This document shows, piece by piece, positions 41,869 to 49,471 of a stretch of DNA of 64,000 nucleotides; within the stretch, counting starts at the first letter, position 1; each line of letters starts with the position of its first letter. The notes beneath the pieces are model-generated. The model ran no database searches, had not been told where the DNA came from, and was given only the letters and a program-made list of their open reading frames with translations. This DNA is from Cyanophyceae cyanobacterium (GTDB lineage Bacteria > Cyanobacteriota > Cyanobacteriia > Cyanobacteriales > Laspinemataceae), in NCBI GenBank assembly GCA_038321985.1, contig JBBQFN010000025.1, positions 11,140-75,139 of the forward strand, read 5' to 3'. Made by a program: the position numbers and the translations under genes.

Positions 41869-44100
41869 TTAGATGACGCTGATGGTATGCCCCGATCGCA
41901 GGGTATCATTGCGCCAGGAACAGACTAAACCCAAGGGACCGGGGTTGATTACCGGGTCTCGGGGGAGACTTCGCACCCACACCCCATTGCGGCGGCGCAG
42001 TTCAAAGAGTTGGACGGAACCTAGATAGAGAACGCCGGGAATGTTTTGCAAGATAGTCACAATATCTGAGGGATAGACAGGCCGTCCAAAGGGCCATCCT
42101 GTCCTCTCGGGTCCCCCAGTCAGGGGATTCAGGAAGCGATAGAGGGCGACTTGCATAGAAAAGATGATTTGCTGTTGGGCGCTAGGGTTTTTATATTCCG
42201 GTTTGAGGGCAACTTCTGTCTGCACGGATACTCCCATATAGTCGGGTTGGTTGCATTGGACCTGAACCCCCAGCAAGCGGCGATCGTCCAGATAGGTCAA
42301 GACGCGATTGACGAGGACTGGGGAAATATTAAACAAGTCTGGCTCAATGCCTTCCCCACGTTCAATGCTCAGGGTGTCCGGGTTGGGAACTAAGAGCATC
42401 CGCACGATGCCCGCTTCGGATTTGTGGGTGGGGGGTAAGCAGAGGGTCCGGGCAACTGCGCCTTGTCCCGCTTCCAGAGTGAGGGTTTCAAAGTCTTCGA
42501 CCGTCACCGCGCGATCGCGGGTGCGGAGCATTCGCGGGGCGCGGATCACCGCTTCATCCAGGGATTCACTATCGGCCCCCCCTCGTCCCGGCAGATGGTT
42601 AATTACTGCGGCAACGTAAGGTACGGCTGATTTGACAATTTGAATGGTTCCAGCTTGAACGTTGCCTCGCAGTCCGCCTCCGGTCCGGTAGCTGACCATC
42701 TGAAGATTCGCCCCTCGGGGGGGAACTGCTCCATATTGTCGTTCCATTGACTCAATTCCAGAGGCGGTCATGGGTTCAAAGGCATTGCGATCGCCCGGGC
42801 GGCCATTGGCTAAGGTCAAGGAACTCGGACGCGCCCCCTGTTCCGACGCCCGCCAAGCCATTTTTTCCCGCAGTTGAGTCGGTTCGCGGATCAGGGGTCC
42901 GAATTGGACTTTTCCGGTGAGGGAATCCAGAGTGTAATGCAGGTCTTCCGGCCCCGAGGTAGAAAAATCATTGACTTCTTGCCAAATTTGGGGTAGCGCT
43001 CCGATGGGAGTGACCAGGATATATTCCTCTTCTCTTCGGGGCAGTACCGGCACCCCCTGGATCTGAAAGGTTTGTCCAGGATTGCCATCGCTTTCGCCCA
43101 GGATTTCATTGCGAATCAGGGTACTTTGAGAAGCGGTGACACTAGCGCCAATAGACCGAACACTTAACCCGACGATTCGGGGCGATCGCGTATATCCCGC
43201 TTGATAGGTTCCCGGTTGGGTATAAATGCAGCGGATCCATCGACCTTGATAGGTAAAAAAGTGCGTCACCGGCCAAGTTTTGGGCGTATGCAGCACCACA
43301 TCAGCCCCCGAAAGGGGGTCGCCCCCTTGGCGGACGATTTCGCTAAAACTGAATCCTTGGGTTTGATCGTCTGATTCACGCAGGAGAATGGGTTGCCACT
43401 TTTCCCCATTCCACCCTTCCCACCGTCGGGGAGCCATATCAGGGTTAATGCCGGTGGAGGTAGCGGCTTCCCCTTTCAAGGTAAGGGCGATAACATTTCC
43501 TTCGATGAGCGCTTCGGAATCGAAGACGAGGTAAAAGCAATTCCCCGGTTCTGGGGTATCGTCAAAAAATGGCAACTCTAACCCTTGCCACTCCCCGGTA
43601 CGTTCCATCCGCCAAGACCCCACGAAGCGATCGCGCAAAATCTGCGGTTCCTGTTCCGCAGAAGGGGCCGTGAGCAAATGCCGGATTCGAGGTTTACCCA
43701 CTGCTACCGGCGCATCGGTACTAAATACGATCGCCTCTTCCTCTTCCGTCCGCACCGTCGCTACCTCCGTCCCTGCCGGAATCGTATAATTTTCCGGTAA
43801 GGAGGCACTCATATAAAACGTGACCTCAGTTTTAGCCGGAGTCGGTGGACGTAAGCGCACCCCCAATAACTCCAAAAACGTCACATAATTGCGACGCGGT
43901 ACCTGATTAAACCGGACCAACATTTGGTCCGTCATCCAGGCAAAAAGTTCCACCAGGGTTACCCCAGGGTCACTGGGATTATAATTTGTCCATTCCGGAC
44001 AGTATCGGGGAATTCGTAATAGGCATTCATCCACCAAGTCCTGAAACTTGCGATCGTCTAAATCTGATTTAGGTAAATTCGGTAAAAAATCAAAGTCCAT
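41869..44100 (-). CDS. CIS baseplate assembly protein (baseplate J / Afp11-like)
   Basis: LP..DLDDRKFQDLVDE...IPRYCPEWTNYNPSDPGVTLVELFAW, LGESDGNPGQTF, YRTGGGLRGNV, RTRDRAVTVEDFE, LNPLTGGP..TGWPFGR. Confidence 0.93.
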   Translation of the reverse strand: MDFDFLPNLPKSDLDDRKFQDLVDECLLRIPRYCPEWTNYNPSDPGVTLVELFAWMTDQMLVRFNQVPRRNYVTFLELLGVRLRPPTPAKTEVTFYMSASLPENYTIPAGTEVATVRTEEEEAIVFSTDAPVAVGKPRIRHLLTAPSAEQEPQILRDRFVGSWRMERTGEWQGLELPFFDDTPEPGNCFYLVFDSEALIEGNVIALTLKGEAATSTGINPDMAPRRWEGWNGEKWQPILLRESDDQTQGFSFSEIVRQGGDPLSGADVVLHTPKTWPVTHFFTYQGRWIRCIYTQPGTYQAGYTRSPRIVGLSVRSIGASVTASQSTLIRNEILGESDGNPGQTFQIQGVPVLPRREEEYILVTPIGALPQIWQEVNDFSTSGPEDLHYTLDSLTGKVQFGPLIREPTQLREKMAWRASEQGARPSSLTLANGRPGDRNAFEPMTASGIESMERQYGAVPPRGANLQMVSYRTGGGLRGNVQAGTIQIVKSAVPYVAAVINHLPGRGGADSESLDEAVIRAPRMLRTRDRAVTVEDFETLTLEAGQGAVARTLCLPPTHKSEAGIVRMLLVPNPDTLSIERGEGIEPDLFNISPVLVNRVLTYLDDRRLLGVQVQCNQPDYMGVSVQTEVALKPEYKNPSAQQQIIFSMQVALYRFLNPLTGGPERTGWPFGRPVYPSDIVTILQNIPGVLYLGSVQLFELRRRNGVWVRSLPRDPVINPGPLGLVCSWRNDTLRSGHTISVI

Positions 44101-44252
44101 AAGGGTTGTTTTTTATTTGTCATTTGTGGTTGGGGTTGGTCATTTATCATTTTCGGTTGGGGGTTTGTCATTTATCATTTGTGCTTTGCTGGTCCTGATT
44201 ATTCAGAAATACAAATAACAAACAACCCATGAAAAATGACCCAATGACCCCT

Positions 44253-44669
44253 TTAAGATGACGGCATTAAATAAAAGGGATAGACCAGGCTGCGAGACTC
44301 GTAACTGTCTGTGAGACGATATTCAATCCGCACTTCAACTCGACCTCGCACGGGATCCGGTTCCGTATAAATTCCCTCAATGATAATCCTCGGTTCCCAC
44401 AATTCCAGAGCTTCCTCAATGTACACGCGGATGAGTAAGAGGGTTTGAGTATTCATCGGCGCAAATACCAACTCCGACAGCCGCGACCCAAAATTAGGGC
44501 GGTAAACGCGCTCTCCCAATTTGGTATTGAGGATAATCCGAATCGATTCCTCCACATTACGGACATCTGAACTCAGTTGCATTTTGCCCTGGACATTAAT
44601 CCGTAACGGGAATGAGCATCCCGTACCGATGTAATCCCGAGGCTGTTGGGGGTTGTAATCGTTTGCCAT
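44253..44669 (-). CDS. GPW/gp25 family baseplate protein (Afp9-like)
   Basis: G.G.SFP, EESIRIILNTKLGERVYRPNFGS, AL.LWEPRI, LVYPFYL. Confidence 0.93.
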   Translation of the reverse strand: MANDYNPQQPRDYIGTGCSFPLRINVQGKMQLSSDVRNVEESIRIILNTKLGERVYRPNFGSRLSELVFAPMNTQTLLLIRVYIEEALELWEPRIIIEGIYTEPDPVRGRVEVRIEYRLTDSYESRSLVYPFYLMPSS

Positions 44670-44788
44670 GAAACAGTTAGCCCACAGACTTTAGTCGCTA
44701 GTTTACTAAAGGCTGCGGGCTTAGGAATATTCGCCAAAAGTCGAGTGTAGTGGACTTGGGACAGAATTTCTGGGCGTTTTGGCCTTTT

Positions 44789-45088
44789 TTACGGAGGTCC
44801 AACTAACACCGTCACCCCGGTGGCAATGACAGGTAACGCCAAGGGAACTGGTACGGGTGCCGGGACGCTCATTCCTACAGCCATGGTCATCATATGCGCC
44901 ACGGGACGCCCCATTGCCAACACCGTAACCGAAGCTGGCATTACCAAGGTCCCGACTGCCATCGGTGCTCCGGCAACCGCATCCCCCATACAAGCAATGG
45001 GACGACCCATTACTAAAACCGTGGGTGCTCCTGGCCCTACAATGGGACTCCCACCGGCTAAATCTCCTAATACTGCTACCGGAAACAT
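44789..45088 (-). CDS. Atypical PAAR-like spike tip protein
   Basis: Three degenerate PAAR repeats (PVAVLGD, GRPIACMGD, GRPVAHMMT), TVLV.GRP and terminal IATG..TVLVG. Lies between vgrG and gp25; GAGGA RBS-like sequence upstream. Confidence 0.75.
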   Translation of the reverse strand: MFPVAVLGDLAGGSPIVGPGAPTVLVMGRPIACMGDAVAGAPMAVGTLVMPASVTVLAMGRPVAHMMTMAVGMSVPAPVPVPLALPVIATGVTVLVGPP

Positions 45089-45185
45089 GATTTTCCTCTG
45101 ATTATGGCCTGGATCATTGTAGTCCCCATTTTCAACTCCCTCACCAGCGACTGACTATTAGCCATAAGTCGCATTCTCCAGGGTC

Positions 45186-47345
45186 TCAACAATTGAGGCG
45201 AATCAGGGGTGCTAAAATCCCGGCAGTGGCACCGGCGGTCACTTGGAATGAGGCACCGGAGGTAATACTGGCTGAAGCCCCACTGGTCAAACTCACCGAA
45301 CCGGCTGCGGTTCCACTTAAGGACCCACCAGCTTGCAAGCCCAAGGTACCCCCCGCTTGAGCCGTCAGAGAGGCCCCGGCTTTAATCCCGACTTGCAACG
45401 CCGACTGGACATTGACTTGAGTTGCGCCACTAATGTCAACTTTAAGTGGGGATTTAATCTCGATTCCGGTGGTTCCCACGACTTCCACTTTAGGGCTATT
45501 AATCTTAATCCCTGCATTGGATATTTCAATGCTACTTGGGCCAACTTTCAGCAAGATTTTAGTGGTGCCGGTAACTTGAATTTCCCCGGCATCGACTTTA
45601 AGGGTGCGGGTTTTTCCCGAGCTCCCCGTTTTCACGTTCATATCCCCGACGGAGGTCACATCTATTTTTTTACTGCCCTTATCATCCATTAAGACGGTAT
45701 GACCACCGGTGGTTTTGGTTTCTAGTTTTTTATTTTTATCATCTAACAAAAGATAATGAGAACCGTTGGTTTTCATTTCTATCTTTTTATCTGTGTCATT
45801 CAGATGCAGTTTATGTTTATCTCCCTCAACGGTCTCGATATAAATCCCTTTTTTACTGCTGCCTTTATCTTCTTCAACAAATTGCAATTTATGCCCGAGA
45901 CGAGTTTTAATGGTTCTTAAACGTACTTTCCCATTCGCCACGGATTCGGCCACTTTTTCCGGGGGTTTATCTTTGCCATTCCACAGGCCCCCGATGATAT
46001 AAGGTCGATGAATATCTCCATGTTCAAAGGCAACCAGCACTTCATCATTAATTTCTGGTAAGCAGTCAAATCCGCGATCGGGTCCGCCCCCGATCGCCAC
46101 CACCCGGGCCCAATTACTTTCATGTTCTTCCGTCAGGGTGGGAAATTTCACCCGCACTCGTGCTAGTCCGTCCGGGTCGTTATTATTAGATACCACTCCC
46201 ACCATCATGGTTTGACCCGGTTCTAGGCGAGTTTCCGAGGCTACGGTGGTGGAAATATCATCTGATCGCAATCCTCGGACACTAAATTCTGTGGTATAAA
46301 TCCCATCTTGATATAGGTGTCGGGCTTCGGTAATATAGTATTTTCCGCTATATTTTCCCATGTCGGCAAATTGGACCACTTTGCCGGTGCGAATGTCGGG
46401 ATTCCCTTCGGCTACGGCATCGGCCTGTACAAATTCGCCGCCTAATTCATTGCACAAGGACTGGGCGATCGTATCGGCTTCTTTATTACTAAAAACTGGC
46501 TTATCAACTACTATCATGGTGGCTTGAGAGGGTTGTCCACTAAAAGCAGAACTGGTCTTTTTACCCTCTTGATATTGGGTGCTCGTCAGCACAGTGGCAG
46601 AACTTGCTTTAGAAACAATGGCTTTTTTTTGTTTATAATCCCAGCCGCGCACCTCCACTGCACTCACCTGTTCCGTACTGGACACGCGCACTTTAAAACT
46701 GTGGATATCCTGCAACCATTTCAACTCTAAAGTGCTGCCCGCTTTGGGTTTCCTAAAATTTAATTTTCCATCTTGAACGAACAGTTCAAATCCATTGCGG
46801 GTTGCTCGTTCCCGCAGAAATTCCATATTGGTTTGATTCTCTTGAAACACATAATCATGGGGAGAACCACTGGAATCAATTGTCCCACTGGAGATTCCCA
46901 CTTCCCCAATGACTTTCTTGAGAATATCTGTATCGCTCATATTTTGAAAAGAGCGATTATATCTCCCCCGATGCAGCCGATGTCCCACGTCATACCCTCG
47001 AATCAGCATGGTAGCTTCCGAGGTTTCGGTAAAGCTACATTCAATGGAGGTAATCTCGCCTTTAAACAGGCTGGCAGTGGTTTTTCCTTTGGAAAATTCC
47101 GGGGCTTCCGTGGTACTGGAACTAAACCCAATTTCGATGGGTTTACCAATAGTAAATAATTTTTCATGTCCCCAGGGGTCTCCGGTCCCTGGAAAGTAGT
47201 CATTGTTAATCATCAGGGTAAACATTCCCGGCTGATGGATGCTTTCTTCTACCGAAATTTCTATAATATCTGCCCTTAATTGTTCAGATGCTTCTGTTCC
47301 ATCTATTTTTAAGGTGGGTTGAGCTAAGTAAGAGATTGCTGTCAT
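45186..47345 (-). CDS. VgrG-like spike protein (Afp8-like)
   Basis: gp27-like hub (LFKGEITSIE, RGRYNRSF, FQENQTNMEFLRERA), OB-fold (DPDGLARVRVKFP...WARV...LPEINDEVLVAFEHGDIHRPYIIGGLWN) and a beta-helix C-terminus. Confidence 0.93.
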   Translation of the reverse strand: MTAISYLAQPTLKIDGTEASEQLRADIIEISVEESIHQPGMFTLMINNDYFPGTGDPWGHEKLFTIGKPIEIGFSSSTTEAPEFSKGKTTASLFKGEITSIECSFTETSEATMLIRGYDVGHRLHRGRYNRSFQNMSDTDILKKVIGEVGISSGTIDSSGSPHDYVFQENQTNMEFLRERATRNGFELFVQDGKLNFRKPKAGSTLELKWLQDIHSFKVRVSSTEQVSAVEVRGWDYKQKKAIVSKASSATVLTSTQYQEGKKTSSAFSGQPSQATMIVVDKPVFSNKEADTIAQSLCNELGGEFVQADAVAEGNPDIRTGKVVQFADMGKYSGKYYITEARHLYQDGIYTTEFSVRGLRSDDISTTVASETRLEPGQTMMVGVVSNNNDPDGLARVRVKFPTLTEEHESNWARVVAIGGGPDRGFDCLPEINDEVLVAFEHGDIHRPYIIGGLWNGKDKPPEKVAESVANGKVRLRTIKTRLGHKLQFVEEDKGSSKKGIYIETVEGDKHKLHLNDTDKKIEMKTNGSHYLLLDDKNKKLETKTTGGHTVLMDDKGSKKIDVTSVGDMNVKTGSSGKTRTLKVDAGEIQVTGTTKILLKVGPSSIEISNAGIKINSPKVEVVGTTGIEIKSPLKVDISGATQVNVQSALQVGIKAGASLTAQAGGTLGLQAGGSLSGTAAGSVSLTSGASASITSGASFQVTAGATAGILAPLIRLNC

Positions 47346-47443
47346 GATTTTTAATGTTGATTTGGTATAAATTTCTGATGATAATTAATCCAGGAAAAGC
47401 TCTTTTAGTTTCAGCCTTTCCCCATCTCCCCCTCTCCCGAATC

Positions 47444-47917
47444 CTACTTACCCGTCGCTTTATCCACTTCAGTTAGGGTCAAATCCACTCGGGCTTGCAC
47501 GGGGGTTCCATCGGCTAAAAAACGGGTTAATCTATAGCTGAGTCGGGTAACGAAACAGCGCATATACTGCTGTTGTCCCCAGGCAAAAATATAGGTGGGA
47601 GGACGTTTTTTAGCGGCAGTTCCTTTGGTGGCAAAACTGACTGCTTGTTTGAGAAGATTGATAGAGGGGAGAATACTGGTGCCGGTTTCGTAGGTATCAA
47701 AGATGATGTTACTAATGGTGAGGGTACAGGGTTCGGGATGGGCAAAGCTGACTTTGGATAATCCGGAACTGGTGCGTGCTCCTCGACTGGGATTGATGCT
47801 AACGGATTGATCGAATACCAGTTCGGTGGGGTTGAACATGAATTCGATGGTATCGCTTTCTTGGGAAATTAGTTTCGCTTTTTCGAGTTTTCCGGATGCA
47901 ATATTGTTACCAGGCAT
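47444..47917 (-). CDS. CIS tube initiator-like protein (Afp7/Pvc7 N-domain, no LysM)
   Basis: LEKAKL...IEFMFNPTEL, FDTYETG, RPPTYIFAWG, TRFLADGTPVQARVDLTLTE. Confidence 0.85.
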   Translation of the reverse strand: MPGNNIASGKLEKAKLISQESDTIEFMFNPTELVFDQSVSINPSRGARTSSGLSKVSFAHPEPCTLTISNIIFDTYETGTSILPSINLLKQAVSFATKGTAAKKRPPTYIFAWGQQQYMRCFVTRLSYRLTRFLADGTPVQARVDLTLTEVDKATGK

Positions 47918-47947
47918 GGCGGTTTTTCTTCATTATTAAGATTACAT

Positions 47948-48766
47948 TTACCAGGGCGATCGCCGCGAATAACGACCCCCATTCCGTTCGCGATCAATGA
48001 TTAGGCGTTGTTTAATTAAATCGTAAACTTTTCGGGCTAAAATCTCTAGGTTTTCAGGTTCCGGTGTGGGTCCATATCCCGGGGCGGTGATGGTGACTTC
48101 TCGACTTCTGGGATCGGGATAGTCGGGGGGATTTTGAACAAGGATGGGGGACTGAGCTCGGTTGGGTTCTGGGGGGGTCTCTCGTTGTACTCCCCAGGGG
48201 GTTAACACAAATTCCCCGTCGGTATCAATTTGGGCGGTTTGGGTGAGTAAGTCTTCGAGATTCGCCCAAGCGGTTGGCATGGACTCGGTTGTAGAAGCTA
48301 TGCCCAGATCCACCGGAGGACTCACGAAGGGGGTTAATGCGGATAGTTCAGACAAATCTGCGGAAATCTGTTCTAGGGAGAGGGTGAGGGGGAGTTGAGG
48401 CGAGGGGTTTGAGGGCGGGGTATGTTGGGTTTGCCGATCGCCGATGGAATGCCACTGTCCCAGAGTTTGCCCTGATCCGGTAGCGATCGCAATTTCAGTC
48501 AGATCCAAAATCTCTGCTGGGGGTTTCTCCTGGGATTGCTCTAGTTCCCCTACAGGTTTTTCCCTACCGGATGCGATCGCCGGTTTGAACTCAAAACTTG
48601 TTAAAGATTCCCGAGCAATGGGGGTTAAAAGTTGAGATTCAAATGGTTTTTGTCCCAAGGGTTGATGGGGCAAAAAGGGTTTTTGAATTCCTAGGGGTTT
48701 AAACGAAGCAAGGCGACTGCGATCGCCCGGTTCTTCCCCATAATTCTCCACAGCTTCTACCATCAT
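47948..48766 (-). CDS. CIS-associated disordered protein with conserved-looking C-terminal helix
   Basis: Pro/Ser/Glu-rich body ending in LEILARKVYDLIKQRLIIDRERNGGR. I recall this motif type from genes between tube and tube initiator in actinobacterial/cyanobacterial CIS loci. Confidence 0.65.
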   Translation of the reverse strand: MMVEAVENYGEEPGDRSRLASFKPLGIQKPFLPHQPLGQKPFESQLLTPIARESLTSFEFKPAIASGREKPVGELEQSQEKPPAEILDLTEIAIATGSGQTLGQWHSIGDRQTQHTPPSNPSPQLPLTLSLEQISADLSELSALTPFVSPPVDLGIASTTESMPTAWANLEDLLTQTAQIDTDGEFVLTPWGVQRETPPEPNRAQSPILVQNPPDYPDPRSREVTITAPGYGPTPEPENLEILARKVYDLIKQRLIIDRERNGGRYSRRSPW

Positions 48767-48773
48767 TTAACCC

Positions 48774-49340
48774 CTAAATAAAGAACCCACCCGCACCCCT
48801 GCCACTCTGGTGAATCTTGCCCCCGCCACCCAGAGCATTAGCACCGCTTCCGGAATTGCTCTTCACCTCAACATTTAACCCTTCATAGGCTAAAGATAAC
48901 TCTTCAATCGCTACAGTAGCCGCATCTGCCCTTAATGCCGGTGCTCTCCAGGCAACGGGTACCGCCCCCATTAAAGTCCAACACTGAATCGTTTCTCCCG
49001 CTGGGTTAAATAGTAAAATATTAATATTCCGACGTTGGGGACTACCGGTATTCTCCGGGCTGATTTTAGTCAGCATTCGGGATGCCCACCCCCAAAATGC
49101 CGTATCATTGGTTAGCCCTCGTTTAAGGGTGACTTCTGAAAATTGAGTATTTCCCAGGATGATTCGCTGTTGATTGTTGACTCCCCCTTCAAAATAGGTG
49201 TCATAGTTAACCGTAACGCTCAACCCGGAACATTCGCTAAAACAAGCGGCGATCGAGTTGGTTTCCTGCATCTCCACATAAAAGCGATTGGCAGTAATAT
49301 AATTAAGTCCGTGGGTTTCCGTCTGATTTTGTTTCGTCAT
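48774..49340 (-). CDS. T4 gp19-like tail tube protein (Afp1/Afp5 family)
   Basis: NRFYVE...FSECSGL...EGGVN...VTLKRGLT...RRNINILL...WTL.GAVPV.W.AP.L.AD...VAIEELSLAYEGL. Confidence 0.93.
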   Translation of the reverse strand: MTKQNQTETHGLNYITANRFYVEMQETNSIAACFSECSGLSVTVNYDTYFEGGVNNQQRIILGNTQFSEVTLKRGLTNDTAFWGWASRMLTKISPENTGSPQRRNINILLFNPAGETIQCWTLMGAVPVAWRAPALRADAATVAIEELSLAYEGLNVEVKSNSGSGANALGGGGKIHQSGRGAGGFFI

Positions 49341-49471
49341 GAATTAACGACTCCCCTTTGATTTTGTGACGCGCCCGAGGACCCAAAACTATAGCTCAGT
49401 TTAGGTTTGTTAGATGTTTGTGGATATTAGACAAAGGTCGAACTTCCCCTTTTTCCCTAGACTGATTTAGA

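Noticed and set aside
39168..49340. Prophage or canonical T6SS
   Set aside because: No capsid, terminase, portal, integrase or lysis genes, and no TssJ/L/M/K/ClpV. Gene order and families fit an Afp/PVC-related CIS.
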